Assembly (NCBI GenBank): GCA_009886115.1
Contig: VFJJ01000130.1
Location: 1 to 49,710 of the forward strand
Source of the DNA: Actinomycetota bacterium
GTDB lineage: Bacteria; Actinomycetota; Acidimicrobiia; IMCC26256; VFJJ01
Length of the DNA stretch: 49,710 nt
Direction: 5' to 3'
Below the pieces are notes generated by a model, which saw only the letters and a list, made by a program, of their open reading frames with translations, was not told the origin of the DNA and ran no database searches. The position numbers were made by a program, and so were the translations under genes. Below are positions 38,329 through 47,734 of this stretch, piece by piece (positions within the stretch are counted from its first letter, which is position 1; each line of letters begins with the position of its first letter).

Positions 38329-39690
38329 CTATCGCCCGACCATGCCGGTGCCCTTGATGAGGGTCTCCAGCATCTGGTCGACGGTCGTCATCATGCGGGC
38401 CGATGCGCTGTAGGAATGCTGGAACTGGAGCATCTGGACCATCTCCTCATCGAGGGAGACGCCCTGGGTGCCCTTGCGGGTGAGCTCGGCCGCGGCGACG
38501 AGCTCGTCCTGTGACCGCGTCGCTTGCGTCTCGTTCTGGGTCAGCGCTCCGAGTTCGGTGATGAACTGTCTGATCGACGCGTCGAACGTCAAGGTGTTGG
38601 TGTTGGCGCTCAACGAGTTCCGCAGGTTGGCCATCGCCTGGGCGTTCGTCCCGCTGTTGGGCGCGTACGGCGCCCCCGACATCGCGAGCAGGGCCGGGTT
38701 CGTGATCACCACCGCGATCGAGCCGGACGGGTTGGCCGCGTTGTAGCTGAGCAGCGCTCCACCCGGTGTCGCTGCTGCGGTCTCACCGAGGGCGTGCTGG
38801 GTGTTGAAGGCGTTGACGAGGTCGATCGAGAACGTGTCGAGGCGCGTCCGGTAGGTGGTCAGGTCGGTGGTGAGGAACTTCTGGATGCCGGCGACCTCAC
38901 CTCCCACGGTGACCGTGGAACCCGCTGCGGTGATGGCGTAGCCAGGTGGCGCTCCCACGCTCATCGATTGGATGCTCGATCCGTCAACCAGGCCGACGCC
39001 GCCGAGCACCATCCGCACGGTCCCGTTCGACTGCACCTGCGACGTGGCGCCGACGGTCTGGGCCAGCTTGTCGATGAGCAGGTCGCGCTGGTCGAGCAGG
39101 TCGTTGGGCGCTCCGGCGAAGGCGGTGGTCTCCTGGATCTCGGTGTTCAGCTCGGCCAACTGCCGCAACGCCAGGTTGGCGTCGTCGATGCGCAGGCGCA
39201 GCCTGTCGGCGGCGTCACCCTGGAGCCGGTCCCAGCCCGCCCTCACACCGTTGATACGCCCCGTCAGGTTCTGCAGCTCGCTCAAGGCGTTGGAACGGGC
39301 AGCGCTGTCGCTGGGGCTCAATGCCACATCCTCGAACGCCGACCAGACCTCACCCAGCGCCCGGCTCACACCCAGGTCGGGTTCGTTCATCTGGCCCTCG
39401 AGCCGACCGAGCAGATCGGCCCGCTCCTTGAGCGAGCCCTGGGTGTCGTAGGCCGAGCGCACCCGGTCGTCGAGGAATGCGTCGCGGACCCGACTGATCC
39501 GAGCGACCTCGACCCCCGAGCCCAGCGGCCCGTACTGCGACAGGAAGGGGAAGCGAGTCTGCAGGTCGACGATCTGGCGGGTGTAGCCCTTGGTGTGGGC
39601 GTTGGCGACATTGTGGGAGGCCGTGTCGATTCCGACCTGGGCCGCCCGCAGACCCGAGTACGCCGTGTTCAGCGCCGAGAAGTCGGGCAT
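38329..39690 (-). CDS. flgK: Hook-filament junction protein FlgK
   Basis: HNVANAHTKGYTRQ, NDLLDQRD, GVSLDEE, QHSYSASAR. Confidence 0.96.
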   Translation of the reverse strand: MPDFSALNTAYSGLRAAQVGIDTASHNVANAHTKGYTRQIVDLQTRFPFLSQYGPLGSGVEVARISRVRDAFLDDRVRSAYDTQGSLKERADLLGRLEGQMNEPDLGVSRALGEVWSAFEDVALSPSDSAARSNALSELQNLTGRINGVRAGWDRLQGDAADRLRLRIDDANLALRQLAELNTEIQETTAFAGAPNDLLDQRDLLIDKLAQTVGATSQVQSNGTVRMVLGGVGLVDGSSIQSMSVGAPPGYAITAAGSTVTVGGEVAGIQKFLTTDLTTYRTRLDTFSIDLVNAFNTQHALGETAAATPGGALLSYNAANPSGSIAVVITNPALLAMSGAPYAPNSGTNAQAMANLRNSLSANTNTLTFDASIRQFITELGALTQNETQATRSQDELVAAAELTRKGTQGVSLDEEMVQMLQFQHSYSASARMMTTVDQMLETLIKGTGMVGR

Positions 39691-40217
39691 CAGAGCACCC
39701 TGTCGACTCGGTAGGCGACGCCCGCGGGGAGCTCGCGGCCACCCACTGCCGTGTAGGCCTGGGTGTCGACACCCGACAGGGCCTCGTCGCCGACGACGAC
39801 CGTCATCAGCTCCCTGACCTCTGCCAGACCGGCCGACGCCAGCTTCTTGTTCTCGCGTGACACCGCCTCGACCTCGGCCGTGGTGGCCAGGAAGAAGTCG
39901 CGGTGATCCTCGAACACGGTGCGAGCAGGCTCGGGGGCGTGGTCGGCGAGGTACACGAGCGTGATCCGGTCCTTCGGGATGCCCCAGGCGTTGGCCAGAC
40001 GGGCCGTCACCAGCGATCGCTGGAGCTCGCAGACCCTGATCTTCTCCAAGACCCGTTCGACCTCGCCGAACGACAAGGCGACGAAGCGCTTCTCGTCAGC
40101 CGCCAGGACGAGCTTCGCCGAGACGAGCCGGTACAACAAGAGATCGAGCAGCCGCCGACCCGTCCAGAGGACCTCGGTCAGTTGCTGCAGCTCACGGGTG
40201 TGGTGGTGTCGCTCCAT
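39690..40217 (-). CDS. flgN: FlgN-family export chaperone
   Basis: VLWTGRRLLDLLLYRL, APEP...DHR; directly upstream of flgK. Confidence 0.85.
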   Translation of the reverse strand: MERHHHTRELQQLTEVLWTGRRLLDLLLYRLVSAKLVLAADEKRFVALSFGEVERVLEKIRVCELQRSLVTARLANAWGIPKDRITLVYLADHAPEPARTVFEDHRDFFLATTAEVEAVSRENKKLASAGLAEVRELMTVVVGDEALSGVDTQAYTAVGGRELPAGVAYRVDRVL

Positions 40218-40225
40218 CGCACGCC

Positions 40226-40253
40226 TCGTCGGCGTCGGCCAGCCCGACTTAAG
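40226..40253 (-). promoter_or_regulatory. Sigma28-like promoter of flgN-flgK-flgL-fliW-csrA
   Basis: CTTA-N16-GCCGACGA, 8 nt before ATG 40217. Confidence 0.7.
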
Positions 40254-40294
40254 CGGATCGGAGCCCCTTCGCTCGAGCAGTTAGCCTCTTCCAG

Positions 40295-40942
40295 GTGGCA
40301 GCCGACCCCTCCGTGGAGGAGACCCCAGACGAGGAGCCCGAGTCGGCGGCTCAGGCTGGCGGCCCTGCGAGCGCTCCCGTCGACCGCACCCGGGAGCTTC
40401 ACGAGCGCATCGCCTTCCTCGAGGCACACCTGGCCCGACGCTCCGCCGAGGTCCGCCAGCTCCGCCTCCAGGTCGATGTCTTCTCCACGACCGACGGGGC
40501 GACGGGGCTCGCCAACCGGAACGGCATGGTCGACCTGATCGAGCTGGCCTTGGCTCGCCTGGAACGTCGGGGAGAGCCCTTCGCCGTCGCCGCTGTGGGG
40601 TTTCCGACGCTCGAGCCAGACGACGTCGCCGTCGAGGACGTGCAGCACGTGAGCGCCCTGCTCACCGCCGGCCTGCGCCGCATGGACCGAACGGCGCGCA
40701 TCGACCACGCCGTGCTCGGCGCCGTCCTGCCCGATCTCACCGCCGCGCACGTCTCGGTCGTCGAGCGCCGGCTGCGGAGCCTCCTGAGCGCTTCGACCGA
40801 TCTCGATCTCGACGCCCGGATCGGCGTTGTGCTCGTCGACGCCGAATCGACGCTCCTCGATCCCGTCGCCCTCGTCGAGCGCGCCGACCGTCTCCAGGCC
40901 GAGCTCGCCCCCGGCCGCACGTCCGTCGTCACGGCGTCCTAG
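40295..40942 (+). CDS. Coiled-coil plus degenerate GGDEF-domain protein
   Basis: DGATGLANR, LRRMDRTARIDHAVL (RxxD kept, GGDEF lost), LVERAD. Confidence 0.8.
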   Translation: MAADPSVEETPDEEPESAAQAGGPASAPVDRTRELHERIAFLEAHLARRSAEVRQLRLQVDVFSTTDGATGLANRNGMVDLIELALARLERRGEPFAVAAVGFPTLEPDDVAVEDVQHVSALLTAGLRRMDRTARIDHAVLGAVLPDLTAAHVSVVERRLRSLLSASTDLDLDARIGVVLVDAESTLLDPVALVERADRLQAELAPGRTSVVTAS

Positions 40943-41283
40943 CCCGCCGCCACAGGGGCGACGACGGGCATTGCAGGATTCGGACAGCTCGAGTACGTCA
41001 CGCCGATCATGAGAGCTCCGCATGCCTGGCGAGTCGTTGGTCGAAGGTTGCCACTGCTGTGTGCTGACGGGCTGCGGTGGCCAGAAAGCAGCCGTCGAGC
41101 CCGGTGAACAGGCACCCGATGGCCGGGCTGACACATCACGGGACCGGGGTGGCAGCGGAGTCGTCGGCGGCGAAGCGGGAACGGACCCGTCCGAGCTGCC
41201 ACCGGGCCCAGCTGCGGAGCGATCGCGAGCGGCCCTCGGGGGCGTCCGGCCCGGCACCCGATGCGCCGTTCGCCGCGGCGCCG

Positions 41284-41715
41284 GCCTCCGGCCAGCAACG
41301 CCAGCGCGGCGTGGTCGAAGTCGGGTTCGGTGTCGCGCAGACCGAGATGGAACCCGAGGAACAAGAACACCAGGCCCAGCGCCGCTCCGAGCTTGGTGAA
41401 CAGCACGACCAGCCCGCTCGCCAACGCCGGCACGCCGAGCGTCAGCTTGTCGATGGGCCGCATCCGCACCTCGCTGTTGGGAAACAGCGACTCGAGATCG
41501 CCCTGCGGGATGTTGCGGAACAGCTTCAGCATCATCGACCCGGGCCGGAAGCGCAGCTCCCCGAGATCGCGCCCGCGGGCGAGGAAGTGCTCGGCCGGCT
41601 TGAACTTCACGTACACGAGCACCCGCTCGTAGTTCAGGAACTCGATCGGCACCTTGCGCAGGCCCAGCCAGCGCCGAAGGGTCTCGGCGTGCACGGTCTC
41701 GCCCCGGCGGCTCAG
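41284..41715 (-). pseudogene. Internal fragment of DUF3754/TMEM143-like membrane protein
   Basis: YERVLVYVKFK, LKLFRNIPQGDLESLFPN, MRPIDKL then TM; no independent start, and drifts into non-protein-like sequence. Confidence 0.65.
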
Positions 41716-42959
41716 GGTTGCACCACCAGGTCGAGACGCTCGCGCCCGCGCAGCGGCGTCCAGGCCGTCCACTGCGAACGTTCGTCACCGGCGAAGTCGA
41801 TCGACGCGAAGGTGTCGAGGAGCACGTTGATCGCGACCCTGGCTTCAAGACGAGCCAGGTTGGCGCCCAGGCAGAAGTGGATGCCGTAGCCCAACGACAG
41901 GTGGCGCAGGTCGCTGCGATCGTGGAACCGCGCCACGTCGAACTCGTACGGACCCGGACCCGGGCCCACGCCGGCCCAGTGCTCGGGGTCGAAGTTCGCC
42001 GCCGTCAAGAAGAACACCGCGAGCTGGCCGGCCGCCACCGGGAGCCCGCTGATCTCCACGTCCTCCTTGGCCACACGCGACGTGAACGTGATGGGCGGGT
42101 CGAATCGCATGCTCTCCTCGACGGCCGACGGCACGAGCGAGCGGTCGGCCCGCAAACGGGCCAGCTGCTCGGGGTTCTCGAGCAGCCGGTACACCAGGTT
42201 CCCCAGGAGGTTCCTGGTCGTCTCGTGCCCCGCGAACATGAGCTGGATCACCATGGTGACGAGCTCCTCGTGCGAGAGCCGGTCGCCCGCCTCCTCGGCG
42301 AGGATGAGCTCGCTGAGCAGATCGGGACGCGGGTCGCGCCGACGCAGCTCGATCTGCTCGCCCACGTAGGCCATGAACTCGCCCATGGCCCGGTTGCCGG
42401 CGGCCTGGCCCTCGGGCGTGCTCATGCCGGATGCCGCGCTCAGGGCCTCGGTCCATTCGCCCATGCGCTCGTGATCGAGGCGAGGCACGCCGAGCATCTC
42501 GCAGATGGCGTGCAGCGGAACCAGACGGGCCCAGCCGTGCACGAGCTCGATCGAACCGGCGACGGCCGCTTCACCCGAGAGCTGACGGGCGATCCGCTCG
42601 GTCACCTCCGCCATGTGCTCGATGGCCCGGGGGGTGAAGGCCCGGTTCACGAGCTTGCGCAGCCGGGTGTGGTCGGGCGGGTCGACCATCACGATGTTCT
42701 TTCGGGTCCAGTCGATCCAGGGCCCTTCGCTCCATCCCTGCATCTCGAAGAAGCGCGACCCGATCTGGCCCAGCCGGGAGTCGAGCAGCGCTTCGGCGCA
42801 CTCACGGTGCCGGAGGAACATCACCGTGTCGAACCCCGGCGTGTACGCGGCGCGAACGTCGCTCTCGAGCAAGGGGCGCACGGTCAGCGCGGGCTCGCGC
42901 CAGAACGGCTCGGCGGTCATGTCGACGGTCGGGAGATGGCTGTACGCGCTGATCGTCAT
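41712..42959 (-). CDS. Cytochrome P450
   Basis: DPPDHTRLR, AGHETT, EESMR, GYGIHFCLG heme motif. Confidence 0.96.
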   Translation of the reverse strand: MTISAYSHLPTVDMTAEPFWREPALTVRPLLESDVRAAYTPGFDTVMFLRHRECAEALLDSRLGQIGSRFFEMQGWSEGPWIDWTRKNIVMVDPPDHTRLRKLVNRAFTPRAIEHMAEVTERIARQLSGEAAVAGSIELVHGWARLVPLHAICEMLGVPRLDHERMGEWTEALSAASGMSTPEGQAAGNRAMGEFMAYVGEQIELRRRDPRPDLLSELILAEEAGDRLSHEELVTMVIQLMFAGHETTRNLLGNLVYRLLENPEQLARLRADRSLVPSAVEESMRFDPPITFTSRVAKEDVEISGLPVAAGQLAVFFLTAANFDPEHWAGVGPGPGPYEFDVARFHDRSDLRHLSLGYGIHFCLGANLARLEARVAINVLLDTFASIDFAGDERSQWTAWTPLRGRERLDLVVQP

Positions 42960-42993
42960 GCATGCAACCTAAGACCTCGGCCACACTCTCGTC

Positions 42994-43731
42994 ATGGAGA
43001 CCACCAGCTTGCTCGATGCGCTCCGCCGTGAGGCCGCCGATGTCGCCGTCGCAGCCCGGATCGATCTGAACGCCGCCGTTCCCAACTGCCCGGGCTGGAC
43101 GGTGGCCGAGCTGGTGCGCCACACCGGACGGGCACACCGTTGGGGCCTCACCAACGTCAGGGCCGCATCCCCCGACAGCCAGACCAAGGGAGACGACATC
43201 GTGTTCCCTCCCGACGCCGAGCTGCCGACGTGGATCGAAGCCGGCGCGGCCGAGCTGGCGACCACGATCGCCGCCGATCCCGATCGTCCGTGCTGGTCGT
43301 TCGCGCCCCATCAGCGCACGGCAGCCTTCTGGGCCCGGCGGGCGGCTCAGGAGACGCTCGTGCACCGCTGGGACGCCGAGATCGCCGTGGGCCTGGTGCC
43401 GGGTCAGCTCGACGGCGAGACGGCACTCGACGGCATCGAGGAGTTCTTCGGCGTGTTCATCCCGCTGGTGATGCGCCGCAGCGGCAAGGTCGTCCCCGAG
43501 GGCACGCTGCACCTGCACCGCACCGACGGCGACGGGGAGTGGATGCTGCAGCAGGGCTCCGACGGAGGTTTGTCGGTCACGCGAGAGCACGGCAAGGGTG
43601 ATGCCGCCGTGCGGGCCTCGGCGTCCGATCTGCTCCTGCTCCTGTGGGGCCGGCTCGAGCCCGATGCTCCGGCGCTGCAGGTCTTCGGAGACCGGTCGAT
43701 CGTGGACGCGTGGCGGGTCATGGCGCCGTGA
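42994..43731 (+). CDS. Maleylpyruvate isomerase-family (MDMPI, DinB superfamily) protein
   Basis: VPNCPGWTVAELVRH, ETLVHRWD, DGIEE, LLLWGR. Confidence 0.9.
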   Translation: METTSLLDALRREAADVAVAARIDLNAAVPNCPGWTVAELVRHTGRAHRWGLTNVRAASPDSQTKGDDIVFPPDAELPTWIEAGAAELATTIAADPDRPCWSFAPHQRTAAFWARRAAQETLVHRWDAEIAVGLVPGQLDGETALDGIEEFFGVFIPLVMRRSGKVVPEGTLHLHRTDGDGEWMLQQGSDGGLSVTREHGKGDAAVRASASDLLLLLWGRLEPDAPALQVFGDRSIVDAWRVMAP

Positions 43732-43884
43732 CGATCACCGGGGCCGACACCTCCAGCGCCCGGGCCGACATCCTGGCCGCGTCCCGGAGTCGGCCGGCTG
43801 GAGTTCTGGCGGTACCCAACCGATACACTATCCCGTCGCTCTCGGTGCCCCTTTCGCGGTGCGCCCCCCACAGGAGTTCGTCAC

Positions 43885-44121
43885 GTGTCACGAGTCTGTC
43901 AGGTCACCGGCCGCCGCCCCCGCAGTGGGAACAGCATCTCCCACTCGCACCGCGTCACCAAGCGGCGCTTCCTCCCGAACGTGCACGACCACCGCTTCTT
44001 CGTCGCGAGCGAGAAGCGTTGGGTCACGCTCCGGGTGAGCACGAAGGGTCTGCGCACGATCGACAAGCTGGGCATCGAGTCCGTCCTCGCCGACCTCCGT
44101 CGGCGTGGCGAGAAGGTCTAG
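43885..44121 (+). CDS. rpmB: 50S ribosomal protein L28 (zinc-ribbon-less form)
   Basis: [32 protein letters not shown]. Confidence 0.96.
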   Translation: MSRVCQVTGRRPRSGNSISHSHRVTKRRFLPNVHDHRFFVASEKRWVTLRVSTKGLRTIDKLGIESVLADLRRRGEKV

Positions 44122-44145
44122 AAGGTCTAGGACAGGAGCACCGAC

Positions 44146-44298
44146 ATGCGCGAGAAGATCAAGCTCGTCTCCACGGCAGGCACCGGCCACTTCTACGTGA
44201 CCAAGAAGAACAAGAAGAACCAGCGCGAGAAGCTCGAGATGAAGAAGTTCGACCCGGTGCTGCGTCAACACGTGCTGTACAAGGAATCCAAGGTCTGA
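44146..44298 (+). CDS. rpmG: 50S ribosomal protein L33 (Cys-free form)
   Basis: Not in ORF track; manual translation [58 protein letters not shown]. Confidence 0.96.
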   Translation: MREKIKLVSTAGTGHFYVTKKNKKNQREKLEMKKFDPVLRQHVLYKESKV

Positions 44299-44434
44299 CC
44301 AGCTCGGCAGCACCGATCAGCTCGCACGACCCTCGAGCGCCCTCCGGGGCGCTCGATCGCGTCTGCCTGGCTTCCACCCGCTCCCGAGGTCGGCCCTGTA
44401 ACACATCGAAGCACGACGGAGTCGGAGCTGCCGT

Positions 44435-46180
44435 ATGACGACGCTGATCGCCCGGATCGAGCGGGCTGCCCTGGGCTCGGGTCGCCTCACGCTCGTTGGC
44501 AGCGCTGGCGGTGGTCCCGACGCCGTCGTCGAGGTTCCCTGGGCCGAGCTCCACGGAGAGGCTCGGGCCCTGGCCGCCGACCTGCAGGCCCGCGGTGTCG
44601 AAGCGGGCGATCACGTGGCGCTCCTCGGCCCGACGACCAGGCGCCTCGTGACCGCCATCCAGGCCGTGTACCTCTGCGGCGCGGCGAACGTCGTGCTTCC
44701 CCTGCCGATGCGGATGGGCTCGATCGAGGAGTTCGTCGCCCAGAGCCGGGCGCGCATCCGCAACGCCGATGCGGTGATCGTGCTCGTCGACGACGATCTG
44801 GCGCCGTTCCTCGACGGCGTACTCACCGACGACGATCCCCCGTTGGTGCTGCTGGGCGACCTGGCACCCTTCGCCGACCCGGCCACGGAAGGCGCGTACG
44901 CCGACACGAGCCCGCCGGAAGCGCTCGGGTATCGACGCCCGCTCGACGATCCCGATGCGCTGGCGATCGTGCAGTTCACCAGCGGCTCGACCGCCGATCC
45001 GAAGGGGGTGATGCTCCCGCATCGGTGCGTGCTCGCCAACATCGACGCCATGACGACGGCCGCGGCGCTGTCGCCGCGCGACGTGTTCGTCTCGTGGCTA
45101 CCGCTGTACCACGACATGGGGCTCATCGGGTTCCTGACCCTGCCCATGGCCACGGGCACCAACCTCGTGCTCGCCGCGCCGCAAGACTTCATGGGCGCAC
45201 CCGTGCGCTGGCTCGAGTGGATCGCTCGATTTCGGGGGACGGTCACTGCCGGCCCCAACTTCTCGTACGCGCTCGCCGCTCGGGCGATGGGGCGCGCCGA
45301 AGGTCTCGACCTGTCCTGCTGGCGGATCGCGCTCAACGGCGCCGAGCCCGTCGATCCCGATGCCGTCGACACCTTCGTGAGCGCAGGCGCACGTCACGGC
45401 ATGTCACCGGGTGTGGTGTTCGGCGCCTACGGGATGGCCGAAGCCACGTTGGCCATCACGTTCCCCCCGCCGGGCACCGGCATGACGTTCGACACCGTCG
45501 ACCGGCACGCGCTCGAGACCGAGCGCCGGGCCATCTCGTTGCCAGTCGACACTGTGAACACCACCGAGCGGCCGGTGCGGCGCCTCGCTCGACTGGGAAC
45601 GCCCATCCCGGGCTTCGAGCTCCGCGTGTGCAACCCCACCGACGGCTCGGAACTCGGTGAGCGTGAGGTGGGCGAGATCGAGCTGCGAGGAACCTCGATC
45701 ACACCTGGCTACTACCGACGCCTCGAGGCGACCGCGGCGGCGTTCCGCGGCGATCCGCACGACGGGGGCTGGCTGCGGACCGGCGATCTCGGCTACTGGG
45801 GTGACGGCGAGGTCGTGGTGTGCGGGCGCATGAAGGACGTGGTCATCGTCGGTGGTCGCAACGTCTTCCCCGAGGATGTCGAACGGGCCGTGGCCGAGAT
45901 CGACGGTGTACGCGCCGGCAACGTGATCGCCTTCGGAGCCGAGGTTCGGCGGGGCCGCGAGAGCCTCATCGTGGTGGCCGAGGTCAAGGGCGACGACCTC
46001 CCCTTCATCCGGTCGCAGGTGCACAAGCGGGTCACCGACGCCGTGGGTATCCCTCCCGAGGAGGTCGTGCTCGTCGACGCCGGGACACTGCCCAAGACCT
46101 CGTCGGGCAAGCTCCAACGCAGCCTGTGCAAGCGCCGGTGGGACGAAGGCGTGCTCGTCGACCTCTCACGGACCCGCTGA
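44435..46180 (+). CDS. Fatty acyl-AMP ligase (FAAL-like)
   Basis: QFTSGSTADPKGV, SWLPLYHDMGLIG, YGMAEATL, RTGDLG, PKTSSGKLQR. Confidence 0.92.
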   Translation: MTTLIARIERAALGSGRLTLVGSAGGGPDAVVEVPWAELHGEARALAADLQARGVEAGDHVALLGPTTRRLVTAIQAVYLCGAANVVLPLPMRMGSIEEFVAQSRARIRNADAVIVLVDDDLAPFLDGVLTDDDPPLVLLGDLAPFADPATEGAYADTSPPEALGYRRPLDDPDALAIVQFTSGSTADPKGVMLPHRCVLANIDAMTTAAALSPRDVFVSWLPLYHDMGLIGFLTLPMATGTNLVLAAPQDFMGAPVRWLEWIARFRGTVTAGPNFSYALAARAMGRAEGLDLSCWRIALNGAEPVDPDAVDTFVSAGARHGMSPGVVFGAYGMAEATLAITFPPPGTGMTFDTVDRHALETERRAISLPVDTVNTTERPVRRLARLGTPIPGFELRVCNPTDGSELGEREVGEIELRGTSITPGYYRRLEATAAAFRGDPHDGGWLRTGDLGYWGDGEVVVCGRMKDVVIVGGRNVFPEDVERAVAEIDGVRAGNVIAFGAEVRRGRESLIVVAEVKGDDLPFIRSQVHKRVTDAVGIPPEEVVLVDAGTLPKTSSGKLQRSLCKRRWDEGVLVDLSRTR

Positions 46181-46203
46181 ACCTGCAGGACCCGCCGACC
46201 GTA
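46178..46203 (+). promoter_or_regulatory. ECF (SigL/SigU-type) promoter, probably autoregulatory
   Basis: TGAACC-N16-CGTA upstream of the ECF sigma gene. Confidence 0.55.
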
Positions 46204-46331
46204 CCCCCGGGTGGACCCGCTGAACCTCCGTGACCTGCCGGACCCGCCAGCCGGGCTCCGAGCGACCCGATGGACCCCGATCAACCCCGATCAACCCCGA
46301 TGCATGGCACCGCCACGAGAGGAGCGAAGCG

Positions 46332-46907
46332 ATGGGATCCACACGAACGCTGCGGAGCGCTCCAGCGGCCGGACCCTCCCCCACGTTCAACGAACTCTGC
46401 GACGACCAGGGGATTCGCGAGGCCTACAACGCCCACGGCGGGGAGCTCTACCGATTCGCGTTGCAGTCGCTGCACGACTCCGGCAGCGCCGAGGAAGCCG
46501 TGCAAGAGACGCTGGTGCGGGCGTGGCGTCATTGCGAGCGCTTCGACGCCGGGCTGGCGTCGTTGCGAACGTGGCTCTTCGCCATCATCCGCAACGTGAT
46601 CATCGACATCGCCCGGGCCCGGGCCGTGCGGCCCCAGCTCTCCCGGGTCGATCCCTCGAGCCCCGGGGCGCACACCCCCGTCGAGGACGCCATCGAGCCG
46701 CTCCTGTTGTCGTGGCAGCTCGAGGAGGCGCTCCGGCGCATCAGCGACGAGCACCGCGAGGCGATCGTCGAGACCCACTATCGCGGTCGTCCCCACGCTG
46801 AGGTGGCCGCCGAGCTGGGCGTGCCGATCGGCACGGTCAGGAGCCGGGTCTTTTACGGGCTCAAGGCGCTCCGGCTGGCCCTGGAAGAGATGGGGTGGAA
46901 CGAGTGA
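46332..46907 (+). CDS. ECF sigma factor (SigL/SigU-like)
   Basis: AEEAVQETLVRAWRH, RTWLFAIIRN, GTVRSRVFYGLKALR. Confidence 0.93.
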   Translation: MGSTRTLRSAPAAGPSPTFNELCDDQGIREAYNAHGGELYRFALQSLHDSGSAEEAVQETLVRAWRHCERFDAGLASLRTWLFAIIRNVIIDIARARAVRPQLSRVDPSSPGAHTPVEDAIEPLLLSWQLEEALRRISDEHREAIVETHYRGRPHAEVAAELGVPIGTVRSRVFYGLKALRLALEEMGWNE

Positions 46908-47656
46908 GCCCCGTCGACCCGCCCGAGTCGGGCCAGCACGAGCCCGCCGACGACGCCCATCGCCCGTTCCGGGAGATGTTGGGTGCCTACCTGCTCGGCC
47001 ATCTCACCGACGAGGAGCGCGTCGCCGTCGAGGCCCGTCTCGACGGCTCCCCGTCGCTGCGAGCCGAGCTGGCCGAGCTGCGACCCGTCGTCGCCCTGCT
47101 ACCACACGTGAGAGGAGAGGACCTCGGCACCCGCCCCGCGCCGCCCGCCGATCTCGGCGACCGCATCATACAGCGGATCGGCCGGGAGCGGGCCGCGACC
47201 CGGCTCGGCGTCAGACGTCAGCTCTGGCGGAGCACCACGATCGGGGGGGCGGTGCTGGCCGCGGCCGCCGTGATCGCGTTGGCCTTCGCCATCCGGTCCG
47301 ACGGCGATACGCCTGGACCGCAGCGCCCGACCCGCGAGATCGAGCTGGCGTCCTCGGTCGAGGGTCAGACGGCCCGGGCCACCCTCACCGGCTTCGGCTG
47401 GGGAACCCGCATCGAGATCGCGGCCCAAGGACTCGTCGATCCCGGCACCGTCTACACGGTCTACCTCGAAGACGCCGCCGGCAACCGCATCGCGGCGGGC
47501 ACGTTCCGGGGCCTGGCCGACCAGCCCATCGAGTGCGTGATGTCGTCCGCGCTGCAGCTCGGCGAGGCAAGCGACCTCACCATCGAGATCGAGACCCCCG
47601 ACGGCGAGCCGGGGGGCAACGACGGTGGATCGGCGGTGTTCACCGGCGCCCTGTGA
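46904..47656 (+). CDS. Membrane-anchored anti-sigma factor with degenerate ZAS motif
   Basis: GTGA coupling to the sigma gene; LGAYLLGHL...EARLDGSPSLRAEL, TM, WGTRI extracytoplasmic domain. Confidence 0.85.
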   Translation: MSPVDPPESGQHEPADDAHRPFREMLGAYLLGHLTDEERVAVEARLDGSPSLRAELAELRPVVALLPHVRGEDLGTRPAPPADLGDRIIQRIGRERAATRLGVRRQLWRSTTIGGAVLAAAAVIALAFAIRSDGDTPGPQRPTREIELASSVEGQTARATLTGFGWGTRIEIAAQGLVDPGTVYTVYLEDAAGNRIAAGTFRGLADQPIECVMSSALQLGEASDLTIEIETPDGEPGGNDGGSAVFTGAL

Positions 47657-47734
47657 GCTCTCGCGCGGACGAGCACAGGCCCGCTGGGCTCCCGCCGGGC
47701 ACAGGCTCGCGCCGCGCCCGCACGGGAGCTGGGT

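Noticed and set aside
41147..41202. GGTGGCAGC...GCTGCCACC inverted repeat as a structured RNA
   Set aside because: A single 9-bp GC-rich stem with a long loop and no promoter or terminator; could be chance
43790..43884. Zur box upstream of rpmB-rpmG
   Set aside because: No AT-rich TGAAAA-type palindrome; only a TACACT -10-like hexamer
46170..46301. Possible mini-CRISPR
   Set aside because: Only two 15-bp copies, irregular spacing, no cas genes; better explained as a promoter duplication
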